The notes: a model not told the origin generated them from the letters alone. Numbered from the stretch's first letter, positions 49,168-59,513 are shown. The stretch is 64,000 nt of DNA from an uncultured Rhodospirillaceae bacterium (GCA_964643045.1 CAZXSC010000003.1:1993-65992); one strand, 5' to 3'. Numbers and translations are program-made.

Positions 49168-51474
49168 TCACACCCGAATTTCTGTTACAGCTTTGAGAAT
49201 GGCTTCTGGCGTTGCCGGAGCATTCAGATTCGGTCTTTTGGTGCCATCTCCTGAACGCGTCACTGCGTCTCGTAATGCCAACCATACAGAAATCGCTAGC
49301 ATCAAAGGAGGCTCACCGATCGCCTTAGATCTGAAAATAGTTGGCACATGGTTGGGTGCGTCCTCAAGAATGTGTACGTTGAATTCTTGAGGAACATCGC
49401 GACTACCTGGTATTTTGTAAGTAGAAGGCCCGTGTGTTAAAAATTCGCCTTTATCACTCCAAACGAGTTCTTCTGATGTCAACCATCCCATGCCCTGCAC
49501 ATATGCTCCTTCAATTTGGCCATAGTCAACACTTGGATTAATGGAATTACCACAATCCTGCAAAATATCAGTTCTGAGCGTACGAGATTCGCCGGTTAGT
49601 GTATCTATCACTACTTCCGAAACGGCGAAACCATAGGTATAATAGTAAAATGGTGAACCCGAGCACGTTATAGGGTCCCAAGAAATGTTGGGTGTCTGGT
49701 AGAAGCCTGTCGCCGACAACGACACCCGAGCCTCCCAGGTTTTATATGCAAGCTCGGCAAAAGAAATACTCTTATTACCACCATAAACTCGATTCTGGCG
49801 AAATTCTATTTTGCTGTCAGGCACATTAAAAAAATTACTCGCTATAGTTTTCATACGAGTTTTAATATCTTCCGCTGCATTAAATGCAGCCATTCCATTG
49901 AGATCAGAACCAGCCGAGGCTGCCGTTGCAGACGTATTTGGTACTTTGTCCGTGCGCGTAGAAGAAATCTTTATATTCGTAATATCAATCTGGAAAACTG
50001 TCGCAACCACTTGAGAAACCTTGGTAAACAGACCTTGACCCATCTCTGTGCCACCGTGATTAAGATGCACAGAACCATCTGTATAAACATGAATCAATGC
50101 TCCAGCTTGATTGAGGGCAGGCATATTAAATGAAATGCCAAACTTAATAGGCATGGCGGCAATGCCTTTTTTAAAAATGCTATTTTCTTGATTGAATTTC
50201 TCGATTTTCAATTTTCGATCTTCGTAGTCGATTTTACTCAACAAATGCTCCGAGAGTTCGGCAATAATATTGTCGTTTATGGTCTGACCGTAAGGCGTGA
50301 TATTCCTATCATTGGTTCCGTAATAATTTTCTTTGCGAATATCATCTAGGGATACTCCTAGATGATGAGAAATGTGCTCAAGAATCGTTTCTATAATTAG
50401 CATACCTTGTGGACCCCCAAAGCCACGAAAAGCAGTGTTGGAAACAGTGTTAGTCTTGCAGGGATAGCCTCGTAGTCGAGCGTTCGGGAGATAATAGCAG
50501 TTATCAGCGTGGCACAATGAGCGTGCAAGCACCCCGGAGCTTAAATCAGCAACGTTACCAGAACGCATGGCCATTGAAATATCAATACCTTCAATGCGTC
50601 CTTTGTCATTAAAACCAACATCATAACCATACTCATAATCATGACGTTTTCCTGTAATAATCATATCAGCATCACGGCGAAGGCGAAGTTTGGCAGGGCG
50701 TCCCGTTTTGAATGCCGTCAACGCCGCGAGAGCAGCGATAATAGTTGGCTGACTTTCCTTACCTCCAAAGCCCCCTCCCATACGGCGCACCTCTACTGTA
50801 ACAGAATTACTTGGCACCCCAAGTACGTGTGCAACACCATGCTGCACTTCGGTTGGATGTTGGGTCGAACTGAAAATCGTCATATCATTGTCTTCGCCAG
50901 GAAATGCTGCTGCGATATTCGTTTCTAGATAAAAATGATCTTGACCACCGCATGATAGCTCCCCCTGCAATCTATGAGCAGCACTTTTCAGCGCTTTATC
51001 TGGATTTCCTCGCGTGATGGTTGGTGGATCATAAGTAAACTGTTCTTTGACCAACGCTTCCTTAATACTCAAAACCGGCTCAAGTTCCTCGTAGGTCACT
51101 CTCACTAATTTTGCTGAATGAAACGCTTGATCATATGTTTCGGCAGCAACTACTGCCACCGGATGACCCACATATTCAACAATGTCCCCGGCGATTGCGG
51201 GCTCGCCCTCAAAAACCGGAGCAATATCGTTATGCCCAGGAATATCTTTTGCGGTCAAAACAGCGATTACGCCAGCCATCGCTATCGCTTCGGTTGCATC
51301 GACTGATTTAACCACTGCATGCGCAAAGGGTGAGGTCACAAGTACAAGTTCCAAGGTATTGGGGAAATTTGGAATATCGTCAATATATAGCGCTTTGCCA
51401 GTCACATGCTTAACTGAACTATCATGCCGTATACTATCGTGAGCAGCACCAATAATTTCCGTAAGATCAGGCAT
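49168..51474 (-). CDS. xdhB: xanthine dehydrogenase molybdopterin-binding subunit
   Basis: 768 aa. 'GGGFGGKESQ', 'FRGFGGPQG' and 'GTEMGQG' are typical of XdhB. Confidence 0.95.
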   Translation of the reverse strand: MPDLTEIIGAAHDSIRHDSSVKHVTGKALYIDDIPNFPNTLELVLVTSPFAHAVVKSVDATEAIAMAGVIAVLTAKDIPGHNDIAPVFEGEPAIAGDIVEYVGHPVAVVAAETYDQAFHSAKLVRVTYEELEPVLSIKEALVKEQFTYDPPTITRGNPDKALKSAAHRLQGELSCGGQDHFYLETNIAAAFPGEDNDMTIFSSTQHPTEVQHGVAHVLGVPSNSVTVEVRRMGGGFGGKESQPTIIAALAALTAFKTGRPAKLRLRRDADMIITGKRHDYEYGYDVGFNDKGRIEGIDISMAMRSGNVADLSSGVLARSLCHADNCYYLPNARLRGYPCKTNTVSNTAFRGFGGPQGMLIIETILEHISHHLGVSLDDIRKENYYGTNDRNITPYGQTINDNIIAELSEHLLSKIDYEDRKLKIEKFNQENSIFKKGIAAMPIKFGISFNMPALNQAGALIHVYTDGSVHLNHGGTEMGQGLFTKVSQVVATVFQIDITNIKISSTRTDKVPNTSATAASAGSDLNGMAAFNAAEDIKTRMKTIASNFFNVPDSKIEFRQNRVYGGNKSISFAELAYKTWEARVSLSATGFYQTPNISWDPITCSGSPFYYYTYGFAVSEVVIDTLTGESRTLRTDILQDCGNSINPSVDYGQIEGAYVQGMGWLTSEELVWSDKGEFLTHGPSTYKIPGSRDVPQEFNVHILEDAPNHVPTIFRSKAIGEPPLMLAISVWLALRDAVTRSGDGTKRPNLNAPATPEAILKAVTEIRV

Positions 51475-52892
51475 CAGAGAGAAACCACATCATTAGGTTG
51501 CCCCGGGTTTTCTAGATCCTGATAAAGTCGCTCAAATAAATTAGCAGCAACTTTAAGGCGATAATCCTTCGTAGCCCTGAAATCACTGATCGGCTGGAAA
51601 TCCTCGCTAATCTTCCTTGAAGCTGAACGCAACGTGACTATGTTCCATTTCTTAGCTGTTAGTGATTTCTCGCATCTTGAGGCGCGTTTCGGAATAGGGG
51701 CTAAACCGCCATAAGCTACCCACGCCTTCGCAATTGTATCACCATCAAAATCTAATCTGTAAGCCCCTATCACGGCCGAAATATCTTGGTCATATCGCTT
51801 CGAAATCTTATAGGTCCGAAATTTCTGGGATGGCCCAAGTTTTGGTATACGCACATTCGTAATAAACTCCCCTTCTTTCATGACTGTCTTGCGATAATCG
51901 AGAAAGAATTCACCAACCGCCAGGCTACGTTCTCCAACCTTCGAACACAGCGTTATTGTCGCATCTAAAGCAATCAAACACGGCAATGTGTCGCCAATTG
52001 GAGAGGCATTACCAATATTCCCACCGATCGTTCCTACGTTCCGAATTTGGATAGAACCAATTCGGGTCACTAAAGTTGCAAATGAAGGGAACAATTTTTC
52101 AATATAGGGCAAGGCATTTGAATATGTTACAGCGGCACCGAAGGTTATATCGGTCTCAGTTTCGGTAATTTGCAGGAGTTCAGCTACGTGACTTGTGTAG
52201 ATTATTTCTTCAATCATTTTGCGCTCTTTACTGACTTCCAATCCTACGTCTGTTCCTCCACATAATATTGTGGCTGTTGGATTGGCATCATAAACATTCG
52301 TCATTTCCTCGATATTTTTTGGGGCATAAAATGCCTGTTTGTCTGACCCATATTTAGAAAATAGAGGAAAAGTCTCAAACACGTCTTTATTTGGAGATCC
52401 AACACAAGCCTCCTTCGCTGCATCTACGATTGGGCGGTAACCGGTACAGCGACACAAATTTCCTGCTAGCGCGTCATGAATAACTGCTTCAGTCGGTTTT
52501 TTATTACTTTTCCGAAGGGCAAACAAAGACATGACGAAACCAGGCGTGCAAAACCCGCATTGGGTGCCATCAGATTGGGCCATTGCGTACTGAACAGGAT
52601 CAAGCGATTTGTGATTCTCATCAGTTTTGTTTTCTAAGCCTTCCACGGTAATAATATTCTTGCCAGCAATTTGCGGCAGCAGCAGAAGGCATGAATTAAC
52701 AGCCTGGTAACGCGTATGACCGTTAGAGGTTTCTGCCATTACAATTGTGCACGCCCCACAATCACCTTCGGCGCAGCCTTCCTTCGTACCGGTAAGTGCA
52801 AGTTTGTCTCGGATATAATCTAATACCGTTGTCGTCGGCGAAATAGCCTCAACGTTATTTTTTACTCCATTAATGCTAAACTGAAGTGCCAT
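51474..52892 (-). CDS. xdhA: xanthine dehydrogenase small subunit (2x[2Fe-2S] + FAD domain)
   Basis: 472 aa with 'GCAEGDCGACTV'-type 'GCAEGDCGACTIVM', 'GTQCGFCTPGFVMS' and an FAD-binding middle domain. Has a 1-nt overlap with xdhB. Confidence 0.94.
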   Translation of the reverse strand: MALQFSINGVKNNVEAISPTTTVLDYIRDKLALTGTKEGCAEGDCGACTIVMAETSNGHTRYQAVNSCLLLLPQIAGKNIITVEGLENKTDENHKSLDPVQYAMAQSDGTQCGFCTPGFVMSLFALRKSNKKPTEAVIHDALAGNLCRCTGYRPIVDAAKEACVGSPNKDVFETFPLFSKYGSDKQAFYAPKNIEEMTNVYDANPTATILCGGTDVGLEVSKERKMIEEIIYTSHVAELLQITETETDITFGAAVTYSNALPYIEKLFPSFATLVTRIGSIQIRNVGTIGGNIGNASPIGDTLPCLIALDATITLCSKVGERSLAVGEFFLDYRKTVMKEGEFITNVRIPKLGPSQKFRTYKISKRYDQDISAVIGAYRLDFDGDTIAKAWVAYGGLAPIPKRASRCEKSLTAKKWNIVTLRSASRKISEDFQPISDFRATKDYRLKVAANLFERLYQDLENPGQPNDVVSL

Positions 52893-52969
52893 AAAACCTT
52901 AAAACCCTCCTGGTTGAACAAACTTACCCTCTACCAGGATTATCGCTTCTTTTTATTAGGTCGTCTATT

Positions 52970-54172
52970 CTATTCATCAGCTGGCATACCACGTTTTATC
53001 CAATCACCAAGGCCATAACGCTCTTTTTTTGTCATTCCAGTTTTATTCCCAAGTGGCATGGCCTTGGTCAATACGGCCTGTTTCACAATTTTTGATGCGT
53101 ACTTCCTGATATCAGAAAGCTTCTCTAATTTTACCCCGCCCGGAGCCTCTTCCACATCTTTATCTATCGGATTTGCTGCATGGCAGGCCGCACAATGTGT
53201 CTGGATAATAGCCAAAGCATCAGTTGAATCCAGCTGCTCCGCTTCGGATACCTTAATCTCTTCATTATAGCTTATGAACATAATAAGAATTACCATAAAG
53301 ATAGTCGCCGAGGGCCATTGCCATTTCAGACGCAGACCACCTTTACTCTGATTTTTCGCATTAAAATAATCGCGTATGATCCCCCCAACAATGAGCACGA
53401 GACCCACAACTAGCCATGAATGCTTATTGGAAAAAATCATTGGAAAATGAGAGCTTATCATCATCAGTAAAACAGGCAATGTAAGGTAATTGTTATGCGT
53501 TGAACGCTGCTTTCCTTCTTCACCGAGACGTGCAGGAGGCTCGTTGCCCTCAATCAATGCCTTAACGACAATTCGCTGATTAGGTATAATTATAAAGAAA
53601 ACGTTAGCAACCATAATAGTCCCTACCATGGCTCCAACATGAACAAACGCACCCCGCCCAGTATAGACATGGGTGAATCCATACGCCGCAAGTAAAATAA
53701 GTGCAAAAATTATCACCGAAAGAACAATATCATTTTTACCAAGCGGCGATTTGCAGACCTGATCATAAATAACCCAGCTAATAATGAATGAGCCAACGCT
53801 AATACCTACAGCCTGCCATTGTGTAAGATTCATAATCTCTTTATCAATCAAGAAACTTTCCGCGCCCCAATAATATATTATGATCATTAACGAAAAGCCC
53901 GAAATCCAGGTAAAATAGGCCTCCCATTTGAACCAATGGAGGACATCAGGCATTTTATCAGGCGCCACCGTATATTTTTGCATGAAGTAAAAACCGCCAC
54001 CATGAACGTTCCAAGATGCTCCTTTTACACCGGCTGGTAGATTCTCATCAGGCCGCAAACTGTAATCAAGAAACATGAAATAAAATGAAGACCCAATCCA
54101 TGCTATTCCGGCAATTAGATGCAACCATCTAAATCCGAGTTCAATCCACTCCGCGTATGCTATCTCGATCAT
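52970..54172 (-). CDS. puuD: membrane-bound urate hydroxylase PuuD (cytochrome c urate oxidase)
   Basis: 400 aa. Polytopic N-terminal part with 'FRWLHLIAGIAWIGSSFYFMFLD', plus a C-terminal c-type haem motif 'CAACH'. Confidence 0.85.
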   Translation of the reverse strand: MIEIAYAEWIELGFRWLHLIAGIAWIGSSFYFMFLDYSLRPDENLPAGVKGASWNVHGGGFYFMQKYTVAPDKMPDVLHWFKWEAYFTWISGFSLMIIIYYWGAESFLIDKEIMNLTQWQAVGISVGSFIISWVIYDQVCKSPLGKNDIVLSVIIFALILLAAYGFTHVYTGRGAFVHVGAMVGTIMVANVFFIIIPNQRIVVKALIEGNEPPARLGEEGKQRSTHNNYLTLPVLLMMISSHFPMIFSNKHSWLVVGLVLIVGGIIRDYFNAKNQSKGGLRLKWQWPSATIFMVILIMFISYNEEIKVSEAEQLDSTDALAIIQTHCAACHAANPIDKDVEEAPGGVKLEKLSDIRKYASKIVKQAVLTKAMPLGNKTGMTKKERYGLGDWIKRGMPADE

Positions 54173-54195
54173 TGAAATTTATGCCTTTGGTTGAC

Positions 54196-54549
54196 TTAAC
54201 TTCCACGATAAGTCGTATATGAAAATGGCGAAGCAAGCAAAGGTACATGGTAATGTTCTTCCGCCAGGCTAATGCTAAATCGGACAGGAACAACATCGAG
54301 AAAACTAGGCAATACCAAATCCACACCTTTTGTTTTAAAATAGTCTCCGACGTGGAAATGCAATTCGTAAGTGCCAACGACAAAAGCATCATCCTTCAAG
54401 ATTTTTCCATCACAACGGCCATCTTCATTTGTTACCGCATCAACAATATGTTCGATTCTACCATTTGTAACTTTGTATAATTCAATCCGCACGTTGGCAG
54501 CTGGACAGCCGTTAGCCGTATCAAGTACATGTGTTGTTAGAAAACCCAT
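54196..54549 (-). CDS. uraH: 5-hydroxyisourate hydrolase (transthyretin-like)
   Basis: 117 aa with 'LTTHVLDTANGCPA' and the C-terminal tetrapeptide 'YRGS'. Confidence 0.93.
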   Translation of the reverse strand: MGFLTTHVLDTANGCPAANVRIELYKVTNGRIEHIVDAVTNEDGRCDGKILKDDAFVVGTYELHFHVGDYFKTKGVDLVLPSFLDVVPVRFSISLAEEHYHVPLLASPFSYTTYRGS

Positions 54550-54685
54550 AATTATTGTTTTCTCCCATTAATTGTATACATTATAGTTAACTTTCGTTTA
54601 CATTCTGGGAGTTATCGTACTTCAGCTGTAACAAGCGATGCAAGCACCCTGATCCTGTAAGCATCCAGCCGGAGAAACCTATGTT

Positions 54686-55618
54686 ATGTCCGAATTGAAT
54701 AGCTACAACTCTTATCCTCGAGATCTTCGTGGTTATGGTGCAAAAAAACCATTCGCTGATTGGCCAGAAAATGCCCGCATTGCTCTCCAATTTGTCATCA
54801 ACTACGAAGAAGGCGGCGAAAATTGTATACTGCATGGTGACCCAGCATCAGAATCTTTTCTTTCAGAGATTATAGGCGCCGATGCTCGCGAAGGCGTTCG
54901 GCACATGAGCATGGAAAGTTTCTACGAATATGGCAGCAGGGTTGGGGTTTGGCGCTTATTCGACCTTTTCACTGAAAATCACATCCCTGCCACGATTTTT
55001 GCTGTGGCAATGGCACTTCAACGTAACCCCGACGTCGTTGAAACAGCTTTGAGAAATAATTTTGAGATCTGTAGCCATGGCCTTCGATGGATTGACTACC
55101 AATATGTACCCGAAGAAATTGAAAAGGAGCATCTTTATGAGGCAATTAGAATCCATAAAGAAATAACAGGCGAACGTCCCCTCGGGTGGTACACTGGCCG
55201 CACCAGTCCAAACACACGGCGCCTGATCGCTGAAGAGGGCGGTTTTCTCTATGATGCAGATGACTATTCCGACGAGCTTCCATTTTGGTCAAAAATTGAA
55301 GAGAGACCCCACTTGATCATTCCTTATTCCTTAGATGCAAACGATATGCGTTTTGCTGCATCGCAGGGCTTTAACTCTGGCGATCAATTTTTTAATTATC
55401 TAAAAGATAGCTTTGACACATTGTATCAAGAAGGCGAGACAACTCCAAAAATGATGTCGGTAGGATTGCACTGTCGGATTATTGGCCGACCGGGGCGATT
55501 CCAGTCACTCAAGAAATTCATCGAATATGCTCGCTCTCATGACAGAGTATGGTTCTGCCGAAGAATTGATATAGCGAAGCACTGGCGAAAAATTCACCCG
55601 TTTCAGGAACAAGACTAA
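54686..55618 (+). CDS. puuE: allantoinase PuuE (polysaccharide-deacetylase fold)
   Basis: 310 aa with 'YPRDLRGYG' and 'LQFVINYEEGGENCILHGD'. Confidence 0.9.
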   Translation: MSELNSYNSYPRDLRGYGAKKPFADWPENARIALQFVINYEEGGENCILHGDPASESFLSEIIGADAREGVRHMSMESFYEYGSRVGVWRLFDLFTENHIPATIFAVAMALQRNPDVVETALRNNFEICSHGLRWIDYQYVPEEIEKEHLYEAIRIHKEITGERPLGWYTGRTSPNTRRLIAEEGGFLYDADDYSDELPFWSKIEERPHLIIPYSLDANDMRFAASQGFNSGDQFFNYLKDSFDTLYQEGETTPKMMSVGLHCRIIGRPGRFQSLKKFIEYARSHDRVWFCRRIDIAKHWRKIHPFQEQD

Positions 55619-56130
55619 TGTATAAAACGAATGTTCCTACCGAACTTAACCGACATGAGTTTTTAAAAATCTTTGGTGGAGTATATGAACACTCCCAATG
55701 GATTGCAGAAAAAATCTACGATGCTGGTATCAAGGCAGATCAAAACAGCGCCAACAATCTGCAATCCGCTATGGAAACAATTGTTAATAATGCTGAAAAG
55801 AATCAACAACTAGTTTTGCTTCGTGCACATCCTGATCTAGCCGGCAAACTTGCTGTTAAAGGAAATTTGACAGCGGCCTCTACATCTGAGCAAGCCAACG
55901 CCGACCTTGATAACTGCACGCAAGAAGAATTCGATGAGTTTCAAAATCTAAACGAAAAATATAGAAATAAATTTGGTTTTCCCTTTATCCTTGCCGTTCG
56001 TGGGTATTATAGAAAAGAGATTTTGAAAATATTCAGAAATCGGCTAAATAATGACGTTGAGAGAGAGTTTAGGGAAGCCCTACAACAGGTTCATCGCATT
56101 GCTTCGCTTCGTTTGCACGATATTGAATAG
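55618..56130 (+). CDS. uraD: 2-oxo-4-hydroxy-4-carboxy-5-ureidoimidazoline (OHCU) decarboxylase
   Basis: 170 aa with 'FGGVYEHSQWIAE', 'LRAHPDLAGK' and 'FGFPFILAVRG'. Has a 1-nt overlap with puuE. Confidence 0.9.
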   Translation: MYKTNVPTELNRHEFLKIFGGVYEHSQWIAEKIYDAGIKADQNSANNLQSAMETIVNNAEKNQQLVLLRAHPDLAGKLAVKGNLTAASTSEQANADLDNCTQEEFDEFQNLNEKYRNKFGFPFILAVRGYYRKEILKIFRNRLNNDVEREFREALQQVHRIASLRLHDIE

Positions 56131-56141
56131 GAAATGTTGGG

Positions 56142-57158
56142 ATGAACAAACTAAAAAAAGATATACCAAGCTATGCTCTGGATGCCATCAACCTTGCATC
56201 GCCGCGCCTGGGTGCAGACGTCATATATGCAACAGATGATTTTTTTGCAGAAAAAAGCCGCCTGGTTAAAGTTGAGGAGCCTATTTTTATTCCTGACAAA
56301 TATGATGAAAATGGTAAATGGATGGACGGATGGGAATCTAAAAGGCGAAGGGCTCCAGGCAATGATCATTGTATTATCCGATTGGGGACAAAAGGAATCG
56401 TAAATGGGGTTAATGTTGATACGAGCTTTTTTACAGGTAATCACCCTCCGAAAGGCTCAATTGATGCGACGCTTTCAGCGAACGAACCAAATAATGAAAC
56501 TGGCTGGACTGAAATCCTACCTATCAGTGACCTGAAACCGGATACCCATAATTATTTCTCTATATCGTCATCTTTACCTTTCAATTACCTTCGCTTTAAT
56601 ATTTTTCCCGACGGTGGTGTTGCAAGATTACGGGTTTACGGTACCCCGGTTGGGGTGTGGGAAACTCAAGATCCTAATGGCCTCCAGGAACTTTCATCTG
56701 TGGTCAATGGCGGTACCGTCGTCGGTTTCAATGACGCCCATTACGGCGACCCGTGGGTCATATTGACGCCCGGCCGTGGTACAAACATGGGCGACGGATG
56801 GGAAACACGGAGGCGCCGTAAGCCAGGCAATGACTGGATAGTCATATCTTTAGGAGCACCTGGTACTGCTAGACGAATTGAAGTAGATACCGCTCATTTT
56901 AAAGGTAATTATCCAGACAGCTGCTCCATACAGGGGGCTTTAATTAAAAACCCAAATAGTAAAACCATGCTAACCGATGAGTGCAACTGGCAAGAAATAA
57001 TGGGCCAGCAAAAACTGGAAATGGATAAAATTCATTCTTTTGAGAAGGACTTAATACAAGATATCGGAGCGATCTCGCATGTCAGATTAAATATTTATCC
57101 TGATGGCGGCGTGAGCCGTTTCAGAGTTTTTGGGAATCGAATTGACCATGACACTTAA
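56142..57158 (+). CDS. alc: allantoicase
   Basis: 338 aa with two allantoicase repeats: 'ATDDFFA...GWESKRRR' and 'DGWETRRRR...YPDGGVSRFRVFG'. Confidence 0.92.
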   Translation: MNKLKKDIPSYALDAINLASPRLGADVIYATDDFFAEKSRLVKVEEPIFIPDKYDENGKWMDGWESKRRRAPGNDHCIIRLGTKGIVNGVNVDTSFFTGNHPPKGSIDATLSANEPNNETGWTEILPISDLKPDTHNYFSISSSLPFNYLRFNIFPDGGVARLRVYGTPVGVWETQDPNGLQELSSVVNGGTVVGFNDAHYGDPWVILTPGRGTNMGDGWETRRRRKPGNDWIVISLGAPGTARRIEVDTAHFKGNYPDSCSIQGALIKNPNSKTMLTDECNWQEIMGQQKLEMDKIHSFEKDLIQDIGAISHVRLNIYPDGGVSRFRVFGNRIDHDT

Positions 57159-57648
57159 ACTCAAACCTGCAAAATTAACTATAAAAAACTTTTCCCCCTT
57201 TGGTAATGTCATTCAAAGAGATGAAGCAAAGCGCATTCTAATTAATCAGGATACGACGGAACGCTTTCACGATCTTGCTGATATCGACGTCAAAACTCAA
57301 GACGGCTATCCGTTGATAAATATCTTTCGCGGACAACCCAGACCCCATCCGATTGAAATCAGAATGATGGAACGCCATCCCCTTGGCTCTCAGGCTTTTA
57401 TACCTCTACAAAACAAACCCTACTTAGTTGTCGTTGCACCAACTGGGGAAAAAGTAACACGAAACGATCTTCGTGCATTTATAGCCGACGGCAATCAGGG
57501 TGTTAATTACAAGCGCAATCTCTGGCACCATCCATTACTAGTTCTCGAAGATAGCCATGAATTTCTGGTTGTTGATCGAGGTGGCGAAGGAGAAAATTGC
57601 GTGGAGGAGTGGTTCGAAGAAAAAAGTTTCGCCCAACTTGCCCTTTAA
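57148..57648 (+). CDS. allA: ureidoglycolate lyase
   Basis: 'FSPFGNVI', 'ERHPLGSQAFIPL' and 'NLWHHPL'. The start is taken at 'MTLKLKP' (the ORF opens at 57130). Overlaps the alc stop. Confidence 0.88.
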   Translation: MTLKLKPAKLTIKNFSPFGNVIQRDEAKRILINQDTTERFHDLADIDVKTQDGYPLINIFRGQPRPHPIEIRMMERHPLGSQAFIPLQNKPYLVVVAPTGEKVTRNDLRAFIADGNQGVNYKRNLWHHPLLVLEDSHEFLVVDRGGEGENCVEEWFEEKSFAQLAL

Positions 57649-57714
57649 CCTAAGGTACACCGGAATATTTATAGCCCCTTTGGCCCTCCTTTATATTGGA
57701 CGCAGATATTTTAG

Positions 57715-58449
57715 CTAGCGACCTGCTGAAACATCAAGGTTAGCTCCGGCAACATAAGACGCTTCTTCAGACAACAACCATATAATCGCCCGGGCCACTT
57801 CCTCTGGTCGGCCAACCCGGCCGATTGGTAAATTGGGCCCAACCTCTTCGACCCGGCCCTTCGGCTGGATTTCCGTATCAATTATACCCGGACTAACAGC
57901 GTTAATCCGGATCCCTTCTTTAATTACCTCCTGCGCCGCACCCCAAGCGAAGCTATCAACAGCGCCTTTACTCGCCGCATAGGCAACACAAAATCCAGGC
58001 GATCCTAATCGCGCAGATACTGATGACAGCAACACAATAGAACCACCAGAGCCATTATTTTTTGAGGACATACGTTTAATCGCTTCGCGGGTAACAACCA
58101 TTGTTGCAATAACGTTTAGACTTATGAGAGGGACAATTTCATCGAATTCTAGCGCGTCTATCCTACCATACGGCTCTGCTATTCCCGCACTATTGACAAC
58201 GCCTGTTATATCACCAAGTTCTGTGGCACAGGTCTCAAACAGGCTAATGACATCTTGTTCCTTTGTTATATCAGCCTGAACAGCTATCGCCCGCTGTCCC
58301 AATTCTTCAATCAAAGCGACGGTATTTTCTGCACGCTTTTTATTGCTGTTATAATTTACGCAAACGTCCCAGCCTTTCTTTGCAGCCAATATAGAAGTCT
58401 CATAACCAATCCCACGACCTCCACCTGTAATGATTACAATTTTCTTCAC
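57715..58449 (-). CDS. SDR-family oxidoreductase (classical)
   Basis: 'ITGGGRGIG', 'NSAG' and 'YAASK'. The likely start is the GTG at 58449, 11 nt after 'AAGGAGG'. The upstream 52 codons of the track ORF have no SDR counterpart. Confidence 0.85.
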   Translation of the reverse strand: MKKIVIITGGGRGIGYETSILAAKKGWDVCVNYNSNKKRAENTVALIEELGQRAIAVQADITKEQDVISLFETCATELGDITGVVNSAGIAEPYGRIDALEFDEIVPLISLNVIATMVVTREAIKRMSSKNNGSGGSIVLLSSVSARLGSPGFCVAYAASKGAVDSFAWGAAQEVIKEGIRINAVSPGIIDTEIQPKGRVEEVGPNLPIGRVGRPEEVARAIIWLLSEEASYVAGANLDVSAGR

Positions 58450-58592
58450 AAATTTGTTAACCTCCTTCTTTCCAATAGGGTAAAATTGTATAGAATAAAC
58501 CCAGCGACTCAAGGGAACGTGTGGGGAGTTTAAATAATATTGATCCAAATCGTTGAGCCCGCCTATATACCAAATCGGAAAAACAATCATCA

Positions 58593-59507
58593 ATGCCTTC
58601 AACAAAAGTTCTAGTCCTCGGGTTTTTCTACGCCAGTCTGTCTACAACAATCGGCGGTATGACCGTCGCGTTAACTCGCTTAATTATTGATCAGACGGAT
58701 CCTCTATCTCTTGCCGCACTCCGTTATTTTCTGGGCGGTTTAGCTCTCTCAGGCATTTTGTTTCTGACACGAAAACCACCTAAAATACGTTCCGGTGACT
58801 TGCTCGTTTTGATGGCACTTGGGATTTTCATGTTTGCCGTTTTCCCATATTGCATGGCAAGATCGCTGGAAGATACAACAGCCGCCCGAGGAGGTTTGCT
58901 GTTTGCGGCCATGCCATTAATCACCATCGTACTAGGCGCCGTCTTCAAAGTTGAGGAGTTAACCGGGACAAAGTCTGTTGCCGTACTAGTCGCAATGATT
59001 GGCACAGCAATCGGTCTAAGTGAGAATGTTGATAGTATTGCTCCTAACGCATTGACCGGTGACGCATACATGTTTTTGGGAATGTTGTCAGTTTCAATCT
59101 TTAATGTTTTTTCAAGGAAATATCTCAAACGCTACGGCAATCTTGCACTAATGACCTATACTCTTTTCTTTGGCGTTACCGCGCTTCTCGTTACCGCGTT
59201 AATCTACAGCAACCCCTTTACTGGGTCTCTCTCCTTTGATCTTGAAGGCTGGATTATAATTTTTCTTCTCGCAATACCCGGAGGTTCTGTAATGTTTCTT
59301 TCCTGGGGGCGTGCACTTCAAATGATATCTCCCACACAAGCCGCGATCACCACGGGCCTTAACCCCGTTACCGCAATATTATTAGGTTCCTGGTTGCTTT
59401 CGGAACCGGTCTCATGGCAATTGCTGGGCGGATTTACGCTTGTCGTTACTGCAATTTTTATTTCAACAAAAAATACTGAGACGAAGCTGCCAACGGTTCA
59501 AGGATAG
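58593..59507 (+). CDS. DMT-superfamily (EamA) transporter
   Basis: 304 aa with about 10 TM segments in two EamA-like halves. Confidence 0.85.
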   Translation: MPSTKVLVLGFFYASLSTTIGGMTVALTRLIIDQTDPLSLAALRYFLGGLALSGILFLTRKPPKIRSGDLLVLMALGIFMFAVFPYCMARSLEDTTAARGGLLFAAMPLITIVLGAVFKVEELTGTKSVAVLVAMIGTAIGLSENVDSIAPNALTGDAYMFLGMLSVSIFNVFSRKYLKRYGNLALMTYTLFFGVTALLVTALIYSNPFTGSLSFDLEGWIIIFLLAIPGGSVMFLSWGRALQMISPTQAAITTGLNPVTAILLGSWLLSEPVSWQLLGGFTLVVTAIFISTKNTETKLPTVQG

Positions 59508-59513
59508 GTTTGT

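Noticed and set aside
49163-49285. N-terminal extensions of track ORFs: ABC ATPase 49163-49285, degP 10817-10921, cobU 36526-36597, SBP 45579-45617, SDR 58450-58605, cobD 16370-16459 and allA 57130-57147.
   Set aside because: The extensions overlap the upstream gene or lack family counterparts. Internal starts give canonical N-termini (signal peptide, P-loop, TGxxxGIG) and sensible spacing.
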